Shown here one piece after another: positions 18,257 through 27,778 of a DNA stretch of 64,000 nucleotides. Numbering within the stretch: the stretch's first letter is position 1; each line of letters starts with the position of its first letter. The position numbers were made by a program, and so were the translations under genes. The DNA lies in NCBI GenBank assembly GCA_965203555.1, contig CBDBCY010000004.1:704001-768000 (forward strand), given 5' to 3'. This DNA comes from Acidimicrobiia bacterium. GTDB taxonomy: Bacteria; Actinomycetota; Acidimicrobiia; Spongiisociales; ZC4RG35. The notes under the pieces were generated by a model, which did no database searches, was not told the DNA's origin, and was given only the letters and a program-made list of their open reading frames with translations.

Positions 18257-20335
18257 ATGTACCAGGTTCTTCGACCCGATGGGACTGTTGCCCTGCCTGA
18301 GGTAGCCGAGAGCTACTCGCCGGAGGTTCTCAAGCGTATCTATTCGGAGATGGTGGCGGGGCGTTCTCTGGACCGGCGGATGATGTCGTTGCAGCGCCAG
18401 GGGCGGATGGGGACCTTTGCTCCAATGGAAGGCCAGGAGGCGATCTGTATCGGCGCCGCCTTGGCCTTGCAACCCGAGGACTGGGTCTTTCCCTCCTACC
18501 GGGAACATGCCACTGTCCTCAACAAGGGACTGCCGCTGCAAACTTTTCTGGAGTTCTACAGGGGTCACGGCTACGTCAACTGGGATGTCCGTCGATACCG
18601 TACCGGCCTGTACACCATTCCCATCTCCACCCATCTTCCCCATGCGGTGGGACAGGCCTATTACGCAAAGCTACGCGGTGAGAAAGGCATCACTTCGGTG
18701 TTCTTCGGAGACGGCGCCACCTCGGCGTCCGATTTCCATTCGGGAATGAACTTCGCGGGAGTTTGGAAGCTTCCGGTGGTGTTCATCTGTTCCAACAACC
18801 AGTACGCCATCTCGCTTCCCTTCAGTTCACAAACCGGGGCCGAGACCATTTCCCAGAAAGCCGTCGCCTACGGATTCGAGGGCATCCGGGTGGACGGGAT
18901 GGATCCTCTGGCTGTCCACTCCGCGGTTGCCGAAGCCGCGAGAAAGGCCCGCCAGGGCGGCGGTCCCACCCTGATCGAGGGAGTGACCTACCGGTTCGGA
19001 CCCCATGCCACCGCCGACGACCCCCGTCGGTACCGCTCCCCCGACGAAGAGCAATCGTGGCGGGCCTTCGATCCCTTGATCCGCATGCGCCGCCACCTGG
19101 AGAACACCGGCCTGTGGAACGACCGCTTGGAGAAAATGGCCCGGACCGAATTGGAAGCCGCCATGGACGAGGTCATGGCGGACATCGAGGCTCGGCCCCT
19201 TCCCAAAAGGGACCGGGCGATCACCCAGGTTTACCAGCGCATCCCCCGAGCCTTGGCCGAACAGTTCCACCAGTCGCAGAATGCGCGCGGCGAGCCTACC
19301 AGCGACTTCTCATCACTCATCTGGGAAGCCGGCCGAGAGATTCCTCCCGATCCCGAGCCGTCGGAAAGTTGGAATATGGCCCAGGCGATCAACGCCGCCT
19401 TGGGAGAGGCGATGGACCGTTATCCCGAGGCGATCATCCTGGGCGAGGACGTGGGACGCACCGGCGGGGTGTTCCGCATCACCGAGGATTTGCAGATCAA
19501 ATACGGGTCCGAGCGGGTGATCGACACCCCGCTGTGCGAGACGGGAATCGTGGGAACCGCCATAGGCATGGCCATCGCCGGCGCCCGACCGATCGTGGAG
19601 ATACAGTTCGACGGGTTCCTGTACAACTGCTTCGAGCAGATCGCCACCCATCTGTCCCGGATGCGCTATCGCACCCAGGGCGGCCTGGATCTGCCAATGG
19701 TGGTGCGCTTCCCCAACGGCGGCGGCATCAACGCCCACGAGTTCCACAACGAAAGCCCCGAGGCTCTTTTCTGCCACCTGCCCGGGATGGTGGTGATCTG
19801 CCCCTCCACCCCCACCGACGCCAAGGGTCTGCTGGCGGCGGCCATCGACTCCCCCGACCCGGTGATATTCGCCGAGCCCAAGGTGCTCTACCGGGCGGGA
19901 CGCGAATCGGTCCCCAGCCGCTACTACACGATTCCCATCGGCCGGGCCGCCATCCGGCAGACGGGAAGCGACGTGACGGTTGTCACCTACGGCGGCATGG
20001 TCCCGGTGGCGCTGCGGGCCGCCGATCAGTTGGCTGACGAGGCTTCGGTAGAAGTTATAGACTTGCGCACCCTCTACCCCTGGGACAAGGAGACGGTGCT
20101 CTCCTCGGTGACCCGCACCGGACGCCTGGTGGTAGTGCAGGAGCCTCCGCAGACGGCCGGGATGGCGGCCGAGATCGCCGCAACAGTGGCAGAGGAGGCT
20201 ATTTACGACCTGGCTGCCCCGGTGGTACGGGTTACCGGGTTCGACGCTCCCCTGCCCCCCTTCGCAATTGAGTCCTACGGCGTATTGGACGTGCCGGACG
20301 TGAAAGCCGGCATCATGCGGGCCTTGGCCGAATGA
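18257..20335 (+). CDS. fused 2-oxoacid dehydrogenase E1 alpha+beta (PDH/BCKDH-like)
   Basis: Alpha part: LQRQGR, GQEA, GDGATS...NN TPP motif, YRFGPH...DD..RYR. Beta part: GEDVG..GGVFR, DTPL.E, EIQF, IDLRTL.P.D. One continuous ORF. Confidence 0.92.
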   Translation: MYQVLRPDGTVALPEVAESYSPEVLKRIYSEMVAGRSLDRRMMSLQRQGRMGTFAPMEGQEAICIGAALALQPEDWVFPSYREHATVLNKGLPLQTFLEFYRGHGYVNWDVRRYRTGLYTIPISTHLPHAVGQAYYAKLRGEKGITSVFFGDGATSASDFHSGMNFAGVWKLPVVFICSNNQYAISLPFSSQTGAETISQKAVAYGFEGIRVDGMDPLAVHSAVAEAARKARQGGGPTLIEGVTYRFGPHATADDPRRYRSPDEEQSWRAFDPLIRMRRHLENTGLWNDRLEKMARTELEAAMDEVMADIEARPLPKRDRAITQVYQRIPRALAEQFHQSQNARGEPTSDFSSLIWEAGREIPPDPEPSESWNMAQAINAALGEAMDRYPEAIILGEDVGRTGGVFRITEDLQIKYGSERVIDTPLCETGIVGTAIGMAIAGARPIVEIQFDGFLYNCFEQIATHLSRMRYRTQGGLDLPMVVRFPNGGGINAHEFHNESPEALFCHLPGMVVICPSTPTDAKGLLAAAIDSPDPVIFAEPKVLYRAGRESVPSRYYTIPIGRAAIRQTGSDVTVVTYGGMVPVALRAADQLADEASVEVIDLRTLYPWDKETVLSSVTRTGRLVVVQEPPQTAGMAAEIAATVAEEAIYDLAAPVVRVTGFDAPLPPFAIESYGVLDVPDVKAGIMRALAE

Positions 20336-20886
20336 GCGAACCACCTGTCGTCACGGTGTTCGGCTCGCATTCCGTAACACCCGAACAACCCGAATACGCC
20401 CAGGCCCACCAACTGGGACGGACCCTGGCAGAAGCGGGCGCCAATGTCGCAACCGGCGGCTACGGAGGCGTGATGGAAGCCGTTTCAGAGGGCGCGGCGG
20501 GGGGCGGAGCGGAGGTAATCGGCGTGACTGCGCCTCGGCTCTTCCCTCATCGGGCGGGCCCCAATCGGTTCGTCCGAACCGAGATTCCCGCCCACGACAT
20601 ATACGAACGCGACCGTTTCCTGCTCGAGATGGCCTCTGCTACCATCACCCTTCCCGGCAGCATTGGCACCATCGTCGAATTCGCCGAAGCATGGAGGGGG
20701 GCGTTGTTGGCGTCGCCGTCACGGCGTAATCCCAATGTAGCCGTTGGCGAGACCTTTCGGAGGTTGGCAGACGTGATGATCGAAGAGTTCAGCGTTCATC
20801 CCGAAGGTATGATCTGTGTCCCCACCGCCGAAGAGGCCGCCCGGGTAGTCCTGGAACACCTCGGATTGGAGAAACGCAGTGAGTGA
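20332..20886 (+). CDS. LOG family (lysine decarboxylase-like) nucleotide-binding protein
   Basis: VFGS, TGGYGGVMEAVS.GA, LPGSIGT..E. Confidence 0.85.
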   Translation: MSEPPVVTVFGSHSVTPEQPEYAQAHQLGRTLAEAGANVATGGYGGVMEAVSEGAAGGGAEVIGVTAPRLFPHRAGPNRFVRTEIPAHDIYERDRFLLEMASATITLPGSIGTIVEFAEAWRGALLASPSRRNPNVAVGETFRRLADVMIEEFSVHPEGMICVPTAEEAARVVLEHLGLEKRSE

Positions 20887-21754
20887 AGTCGTCAGAGCGG
20901 CAGGCGGCGTGGTGTTCCGCTTCGCCCCCCGGGATGAGCCTGAGGTGCTGGTCATCCATCGTCCCCGCTATGACGACTGGTCACTGCCCAAGGGAAAGAA
21001 CGACCCCGGCGAATTCTCCCAAGACGCGGCGGTCCGGGAGGTATGGGAGGAGACCGGTTATCGATGCCGGGTGATCGCCCCGCTGGGAAACCAGGAATAC
21101 ATGTCACCGACCGGATGGAAACGGGTGGACTATTACGCCATGACATCCTGGTCGAAGACCGGTTTCCAACCGGGAGCGGAAGTGGACGAGATGCGATGGA
21201 TTCCGGTCTCCAAAGCCGGACTGCTCACCTACGCCCGCGATCGTAAACTGGTGAGAGCCGCCGACTACGAGACCCTGCAATCGACCAGAACCCTGTTCGT
21301 GGTTCGCCACGCGGCGGCTGGAAGCCGACAGCGATGGACTGACCCCGACCATATCCGGCCCCTGACCGACAAGGGCTGGCGGCAGGCGCGCTCCATAGCC
21401 GATCGCCTTGCCCCCGAAGGGATCGAAAGACTGGTGTCCAGTCCCTATGTGCGGTGTACCCAGACCCTCGAGCCGCTGGGAGAGATGCTGGGCATCCCGG
21501 TGGAGGAGCACCCGGCGCTGGCCGAGGGGGGCGGGATGGCGTCCACCATGCGACTCATCAAAGAACTTTCCGGGACCAACGTGGCACTATCGAGTCATGG
21601 AGATGTCATCCCTTCCGCCATCTTCCGTCTGGCCGAGGCCGGAACCTCCCTGTCGCATCCCATCTACTTCTGCAAGAAAGGCTCGATCTGGGCGGTGAAC
21701 GTGATCGGAGGAGAGCCTCTTTCCGCCCATTACGAGCCTCCGCCGAAGGTGTAG
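20879..21754 (+). CDS. NUDIX hydrolase - histidine phosphatase fusion (MutT1-like)
   Basis: HRPRYDDWSLPKGK, AVREVWEETG, then VRHA...SSPYVRC.QT...SHGD. Confidence 0.9.
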   Translation: MSEVVRAAGGVVFRFAPRDEPEVLVIHRPRYDDWSLPKGKNDPGEFSQDAAVREVWEETGYRCRVIAPLGNQEYMSPTGWKRVDYYAMTSWSKTGFQPGAEVDEMRWIPVSKAGLLTYARDRKLVRAADYETLQSTRTLFVVRHAAAGSRQRWTDPDHIRPLTDKGWRQARSIADRLAPEGIERLVSSPYVRCTQTLEPLGEMLGIPVEEHPALAEGGGMASTMRLIKELSGTNVALSSHGDVIPSAIFRLAEAGTSLSHPIYFCKKGSIWAVNVIGGEPLSAHYEPPPKV

Positions 21755-21851
21755 ACGAGCTGGACAGGACCGGATTGGGACCTGAGATCCCCAGATCAGC
21801 CACCCCTTGACGACCGCGGATTTCGGGTCAGGTATAATTTTGGAACGCTTT

Positions 21852-22529
21852 ATGGCCTCCGTACAGACCACACTCCAAAGAACCCCCCTCGGCCTGCAGA
21901 TCTCTCAAGAGTTGCGACGGCAGATTCTGTTCGGACACCTCCACCCCGGCACTCCCCTCACCCAGCAGGACCTGTGCGATCGGTTCGGCACCAGCCGCAT
22001 GCCGGTTCGCGATGCGATCAACATGCTGGTGATGGACGGGTTGGCCACCCGGCCCAACAACCGGGACGCGGTGGTGGCTGACATAACGCCCGAAGACATT
22101 TTGGATGCGTTCGAAGTGAACGCCCACCTTCACGCCCTGGCATCCGTGCGAGCCATCACCAGGGGAACGCCCGATGAACGCAGCCGATTGCTGAACATCC
22201 ACCGCGAGTTGGGAGATGCCGTAAAGAACGGAAACCTGCCCCGCAGCGCCGAATTGAACGGACGCTTCCATCGGCAGCTCAACCGCATGTCGCACTCCAA
22301 CCCGATCATCACCGCTTTGAAGCGGGTTACCGCCTTTGTCCCCGACGACTTCGTCAAGGAGGCACCGGATTACGCTATCCGAGGCTACGAGGAACACCAA
22401 TCGATCATGGACGCCTTTCTGCGCGGCGAGGAGGAAAAGCTCTATCGAATGATCACCCACCATGTGATGTCGGTCGCCGATGAACTGGTCGAAATGCTCT
22501 CCAATCACAGGCGTGAACCCGGTTCATAG
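21852..22529 (+). CDS. GntR/FadR (FCD) transcriptional regulator
   Basis: FGTSRMPVRDA wHTH; N..FH and EH...H FCD motifs; TATAAT at 21833-21838. Confidence 0.9.
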   Translation: MASVQTTLQRTPLGLQISQELRRQILFGHLHPGTPLTQQDLCDRFGTSRMPVRDAINMLVMDGLATRPNNRDAVVADITPEDILDAFEVNAHLHALASVRAITRGTPDERSRLLNIHRELGDAVKNGNLPRSAELNGRFHRQLNRMSHSNPIITALKRVTAFVPDDFVKEAPDYAIRGYEEHQSIMDAFLRGEEEKLYRMITHHVMSVADELVEMLSNHRREPGS

Positions 22530-22755
22530 CCCTCCGGCTCGATGCCTTCGAGGTGAAGGTCCACCTCCACGCTCTGGCGACTGCGCAAGCCCATAACACG
22601 GGGCGCCTCCGAGAAACGGGAGCGTCGGCAGAACCATCACGAGGAGGTGGCGCCCAACAATCGGTGACATACCCCCATACCAGCCTCAGGCGCTCAGGGA
22701 TAGATCAGGACAATTCCCCATAGGCCAACGGCTCGAGATGTCGGATAGTTAAGGC

Positions 22756-23568
22756 ATGAGCAACATGCGGCCAATTACGCATTCCGCCGGTATCCGGCAA
22801 GAATCACTGATCATGTCATCAACCGACCACACCTCTAGGTCCACTCACCCGGCGGTCCGGATGGTGGACGGCGTCAAGATCTACGGGGAGGGTGAGACCG
22901 CCGTCCGCGCCCTCAGAGGTATCTCCCTGAGCATCGAGCGGGGCCGTTTCACGGCCATCATGGGGCCTTCCGGATCGGGTAAGTCGACCCTGCTCCACAC
23001 CCTGGCCGGCCTGGACACCCTGGAAGAAGGGGAGGTGTTTATCGACGGGACCGCGCTCTCCACCCTCAAGGACCGAGAACTAACTCTCCTGCGGAGAGAG
23101 AAGGTGGGATTCGTCTTCCAGACCTTCAACCTGATCCCCACCCTCAACGCCTCCGAGAACATCCTGTTGCCTCTCTCCATCGCCCGGGAGGACCCCGAAC
23201 GCGACTGGTTCAACCAGATAGTGGAGACTCTGGGGCTGGGCGACCGCCTCAAGCATCTTCCCAGCCAACTCTCGGGCGGCCAGCAGCAGCGGGTGGCGGT
23301 GGCCCGGGCCTTGATGTCGCGTCCCATCATCGTCTGCGCCGACGAGCCGACCGGCAACCTCGACTCCCGAGCCTCCGATGAACTGCTGGGGTTTATCCGA
23401 GGCGCCGTGGACGAGATCGGCCAGACGATAGTGATGGTCACACACGACCCTCTGGTGGCGGCCTACGCCGACGAGGTGGTGTTTCTCGACGACGGTCTCA
23501 TCACCAGCCGAATGGCCGACCCCAACGCCGAGGCTATCTTCGACCATCTGAAGTCGCTGGGCGAATAG
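22756..23568 (+). CDS. ABC transporter ATP-binding protein (LolD/MacB type)
   Basis: [32 protein letters not shown]. Confidence 0.95.
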   Translation: MSNMRPITHSAGIRQESLIMSSTDHTSRSTHPAVRMVDGVKIYGEGETAVRALRGISLSIERGRFTAIMGPSGSGKSTLLHTLAGLDTLEEGEVFIDGTALSTLKDRELTLLRREKVGFVFQTFNLIPTLNASENILLPLSIAREDPERDWFNQIVETLGLGDRLKHLPSQLSGGQQQRVAVARALMSRPIIVCADEPTGNLDSRASDELLGFIRGAVDEIGQTIVMVTHDPLVAAYADEVVFLDDGLITSRMADPNAEAIFDHLKSLGE

Positions 23569-26112
23569 ATGCTCCGAACCGCCGTAAAAGGGATGTGGGC
23601 TCACAAGTTGCGGCTCACCCTCACCGCCCTCTCAATCGTGTTGGGGGTGGCGTTCGTGGTGGGAAGCTTTGTGTTCACCGATACTATCCAGGACGGTTTC
23701 GACAAACTCTTCGGGGATACCTTCGCCGGGGTGGATGTGCAAGTGGAGGCGGAGGTGCTCGACTTCGCCCAGCAGGGAGAAGGGGCGCCCTCCTTCGACG
23801 AAGATCTGCTGGATCAAATCGCCGCGGTCCCCGGAGTGGAGGAGGCGGCGCCGTCGGTGAGAGGGTTCGCGCAACTGCTTGACCCCGAGGGCAACCTCCT
23901 GGGTGTCTCCGGGCCTCCCAAGTTCGCTTTCTCGTGGGTGGACAACTCCACCGTGAACCGGCTCACAATCCTGGAAGGCGACGGCCGGCCGCCCACCGGA
24001 GCGGGCGAGGTGGTGGTGGACATCGCAACGGCCAACCGACACGACATAGCGGTCGGCCAAGAGGTGGACGTGGCCTTCGAGAACGGAAAGGGCCGCTTTC
24101 TGGTGGTAGGTCTGGCCACTTCGGTGACTCAGACCGACTTCGGGACCAGTTCCCTGCTCCTCTTCGAAAAACGGGAGACCCAACGCATGCTGGGACTGGA
24201 GGGACAGCTCACCTCCATTGTCATCCAGGCACAGGAGGGAGTCTCCCCCGGAGAACTTCTGGAACGGGTCGAGGCGATACTCCCCGAGGGACTTACGGCG
24301 GCCACGGGCGAAGAACTGGAGCAGTCGGTGGTCGAAGATCTGGAGACCGCTCTCGGGTTTTTCAATACCGCCCTGCTGGTGTTCGCGGCGGTGGCCATCC
24401 TGGTGGGCGCGTTCATCATCCAGAACACCTTCCGCATCATCGTCGCCCAGCGACTCCGGGAACTGGCGCTGCTCCGGGCCATCGGGGCGACCTCCCGTCA
24501 GGTCGTCAGGATGGTGGTCACCGAGGCGGGCCTGGTGGCGCTGGTGGCGTCGGCACTGGGGGTGGGCGCCGGAGTCGCTCTGGCATACGGCATGAGAGAA
24601 GCACTGGGGCTGGCGGGATTCTCCTTCCCCCGCGGCGACTTGGTGGTCGAGACCCGCACCATCGTCCTGGGGATGGTGGTGGGAGTGGTGATCACGGTGA
24701 CTTCCGCCCTGCTTCCCGCCTTCCAGGCGTCGTCGGTACCGCCGGTGGCCGCTCTGAGAGTCGGCGCCGGCCATACCAAGCGGGCTTCCCTTCGCAGGAG
24801 GGCGATAATCGGAATTGCGGTCACCTGTCTGGGCATCGTCGGTCTGGCGGTTGGGCTGGTGTGGTTGGGAATCACCTGGGTGGGCGCCGGCGCTCTGCTC
24901 CTGTTCCTGGGGGTGGCCATTCTCGCTCCGTTGGTGGCCCGTCCTGCCGGGTCGTTCCTGGGCTGGCCGCTCCCCCGCCTGTTCGGTCTGCCGGGTCTCC
25001 TGGCCAAGGAGAACACTCGCCGCCAGCCCCGCCGCACCGCAGCCACCGCCTCGGCGCTGATGATCGGAATCGCCCTGGTGTCCTTCGTGGCGGTGCTGTC
25101 CAGTTCCATCCGCGACTCGGTGAGACAGTCTCTCCTGGAGACCTTCGCCGCCGACCTGACCATCACCTCGGTCAACTTCAACACCGGGGTCAGCGGCGAG
25201 TTCGTGGAAGAACTTTCCCAACTGGACGATCTGGCCGCCGTCTCACCGGTGCGAGTGGGTTTCGTGCGGATCACCACCGCCGACGAGTCGGTGGAGGTTG
25301 TAACCAACATCGCCGCCATCGACCCGGCCACCGTGGAGCAGGTGTGGGCCACCGGCGCCGAACCCGGCATCGAGGCGGTGGTGGAGGGAATGATCGTGGA
25401 GACCAATCAGATGGAAGAATGGGGCTGGGCCGTGGGAGACACCCTCACCCTGGAGTTTCCCTCGGGAGAGAGCACCGAACTCGAGGTCACGGGAACTCTG
25501 GCCTCGGTGGCATTCGGGGGGGCACTCATCTCCGAAGAGCGCTACCTGCAGTATTACGACCTGACCGCACCCGCCGTGGTGTTCGTTGCCGTGGGCGAAG
25601 GAGTGCCGCTCGATCAAGCCCAGGGTCAGGTTCAGAATCTGGCGGCCGACTATCCACTGGTGCAGGTCCAGAGCAAGAGCGAGTTCGCCGCCGACTTCGA
25701 GAACCAGATCGACCAGTTGGTAACGATCTTCAACGGACTCTTGGCGCTGGCCATCGTCATCGCCATCCTGGGCATCACCAACACCCTGGCGCTATCCATC
25801 ACCGAGCGCATCCGGGAGATCGGGCTGTTGCGAGCGGTGGGGATGGTCCGCCGCCAAGTGCGTCGCATGGTCCGCTGGGAGGCGGTGGTGGTGGCGGTGT
25901 TCGGAGCGGTGCTGGGGATACTCCTGGGCGGCGTCCTGGGCTGGGCGGTGCGGTTGGCCCTGGCCGACGACGGCCTCGAAGTGTTCAGCCTCCCGGCAAC
26001 TCAACTGCTCATCTACATTGCTCTGGCCGGAGTGGCCGGAGTAATAGCCGCCATCCTCCCGGCGCGCTCCGCCAGTCGCATCAAGATCCTGGACGCCATC
26101 GCCTACGAATAG
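23569..26112 (+). CDS. ABC transporter permease (FtsX/MacB, two repeats)
   Basis: NTF.IIVAQRLRELALLRAIGA and NTL.LSI.ER.REIGLLRAVG repeats; many TM segments. Confidence 0.93.
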   Translation: MLRTAVKGMWAHKLRLTLTALSIVLGVAFVVGSFVFTDTIQDGFDKLFGDTFAGVDVQVEAEVLDFAQQGEGAPSFDEDLLDQIAAVPGVEEAAPSVRGFAQLLDPEGNLLGVSGPPKFAFSWVDNSTVNRLTILEGDGRPPTGAGEVVVDIATANRHDIAVGQEVDVAFENGKGRFLVVGLATSVTQTDFGTSSLLLFEKRETQRMLGLEGQLTSIVIQAQEGVSPGELLERVEAILPEGLTAATGEELEQSVVEDLETALGFFNTALLVFAAVAILVGAFIIQNTFRIIVAQRLRELALLRAIGATSRQVVRMVVTEAGLVALVASALGVGAGVALAYGMREALGLAGFSFPRGDLVVETRTIVLGMVVGVVITVTSALLPAFQASSVPPVAALRVGAGHTKRASLRRRAIIGIAVTCLGIVGLAVGLVWLGITWVGAGALLLFLGVAILAPLVARPAGSFLGWPLPRLFGLPGLLAKENTRRQPRRTAATASALMIGIALVSFVAVLSSSIRDSVRQSLLETFAADLTITSVNFNTGVSGEFVEELSQLDDLAAVSPVRVGFVRITTADESVEVVTNIAAIDPATVEQVWATGAEPGIEAVVEGMIVETNQMEEWGWAVGDTLTLEFPSGESTELEVTGTLASVAFGGALISEERYLQYYDLTAPAVVFVAVGEGVPLDQAQGQVQNLAADYPLVQVQSKSEFAADFENQIDQLVTIFNGLLALAIVIAILGITNTLALSITERIREIGLLRAVGMVRRQVRRMVRWEAVVVAVFGAVLGILLGGVLGWAVRLALADDGLEVFSLPATQLLIYIALAGVAGVIAAILPARSASRIKILDAIAYE

Positions 26113-26236
26113 GCAACCCTACCGACTTCCGAGCAAAGGCTTGGCTTCCCCCCGGTTGCCGCCTCGGAGTGGTCACCAGCCTTTCCCGCCATCTAATACT
26201 GTCAGTACCGACAGCGGCAACCTATAGTGGCACAAA

Positions 26237-27223
26237 ATGCTTCTACGCCAACCCCTGCCGCAACTCGATCTCGCTCTCACCCCCACTCCGCTCCAGGAGT
26301 TCCCCCGATTGAGGGAAGCATGGGGCGGTCCCCGTATCTGGGTGAAGCGCGACGATCTGACCGGTTTCGGCCTGTCCGGTAACAAGGTCCGAAAGTTAGA
26401 GTTTCACCTGGCCGCGGCTCTTGAGGCGGGCGCCGACACCGTGATCACATGCGGGGCATTCCAGTCGAACCATTGCCGGGCTACTGCACTGGCCTGTGCC
26501 CGGTTCGGTCTCGATGTGCGGTTGGTGCTCCGAACCTCCGACGGAAAGAAACCGGCCACGAAGGCAGCCAACCTGCTCATCGACATGCTGGCCGGCGCCA
26601 CGATCCGGTATATATCACAGGAACAGTGGGAGGACCGGGATGCCATCATGGCCGATGAAGCGGCCGAGTTGACCACCGAGGGCCGCACGGCATATGTGAT
26701 CCCCCAGGGAGCCTCCGACAAGTTGGGGATGTGGGGGATGTCGCTGGGCTTTCGGGAGTTGGTGGAACAGATTCCCCAACAGATCGGCGCCGAAGTCGCC
26801 GAGGTGTGGCACACTGGCTCCTCGGGAGGCACTACCTCCGGGTTTGGCTGGGGGGCGGACCGGACCGGTTTCCAGACCCCGCTGGTGGCCCTCTGCATAT
26901 CGGAGCCGGCTGCCTCCTTGGAGGCGCGTGTGATGCGGATCTGGAGGTCAGGGGTAGAAGCCTTCGGAGGGGAGATGCCGTCACCACGCCTTGAGTACAT
27001 CGATCGCTACCTGACCGGTGGATACGCCATGGTCACCGACGAACTGGTTGCAGTACAGACCGAGGCCACCCGGCTCACCGGCTTGCTGTTCGACCCGACC
27101 TATACCGGAAAAGCGATCTATGGCCTGCGGAAGGAGATCGCCGCCGGCCGCTTCCAAGACGACGACCATGTTGTTTTCTGGCACACCGGAGGAGGATTCG
27201 GCGCCCTGGTCGACCGGAGTTAG
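26237..27223 (+). CDS. D-cysteine desulfhydrase / ACC deaminase family PLP enzyme
   Basis: KRDDLTG...GNKVRKLE, QSNH, SSGGT, DPTYTGK, FWHTGG. Confidence 0.92.
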   Translation: MLLRQPLPQLDLALTPTPLQEFPRLREAWGGPRIWVKRDDLTGFGLSGNKVRKLEFHLAAALEAGADTVITCGAFQSNHCRATALACARFGLDVRLVLRTSDGKKPATKAANLLIDMLAGATIRYISQEQWEDRDAIMADEAAELTTEGRTAYVIPQGASDKLGMWGMSLGFRELVEQIPQQIGAEVAEVWHTGSSGGTTSGFGWGADRTGFQTPLVALCISEPAASLEARVMRIWRSGVEAFGGEMPSPRLEYIDRYLTGGYAMVTDELVAVQTEATRLTGLLFDPTYTGKAIYGLRKEIAAGRFQDDDHVVFWHTGGGFGALVDRS

Positions 27224-27778
27224 CCGTACAGATCGGCAAGAATTCCGGTCAAGAAGACCCGATTTGCTGCCGCAAGCCCTGGGAACAGTCAACCATCACG
27301 TCAGGAGAATGGAGCGTTGGGAAACGATGTTGGACGGGTGGCTTGTGTGCGTTTGGTCGATCGCAGACCAAAACTTCGCCAGCCTGAGCGAGTCGCGAAG
27401 GTTTTCTTGCAAAATCCTGATCAAATGCTTGTATTTTGTCTCAGGTCCAGGGCATATTGAAGTAACAAATATGAGAGTGCGGTCCGGATCGCCGGTCATC
27501 ATAATTCGGGTGCTGCCTCTGGTTGGGAGGCGCTGATGGATAGCGTCTTTTCCGTGAGCGGCCCGTTTGTTTAGCCGAATACTGGTTTGTTTCGGTTTCG
27601 GGTAGGCCTGCGCCTATCCGGAATTGTTGCGATGGTCAGGGGGCGGCGGGTCGGGAGGGGAAACCCAAATAGGAGGGGGATGCCGCGGTGCAAGAGTGGG
27701 AAAACCGGATGGCAGGGGTCCGGTGGCGGGTGGGGGATGGTGTCCCGGGTGGGAAGAGAGTCGGGGGAAGTGGTCTGT

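Noticed and set aside
23632-26312. Long alternative ORFs (529 aa minus, 792 aa plus) and similar shadow ORFs over pyrG, eno and mfd
   Set aside because: Antisense or frame-shifted shadows expected from high GC3; low-complexity R/G/P-rich translations with no motifs.
27224-27350. att direct repeat of the tRNA-Leu 3' end bounding the island
   Set aside because: Searched by eye for TGCCCGGGGTGGGATTTGAACC-like sequence and found none.
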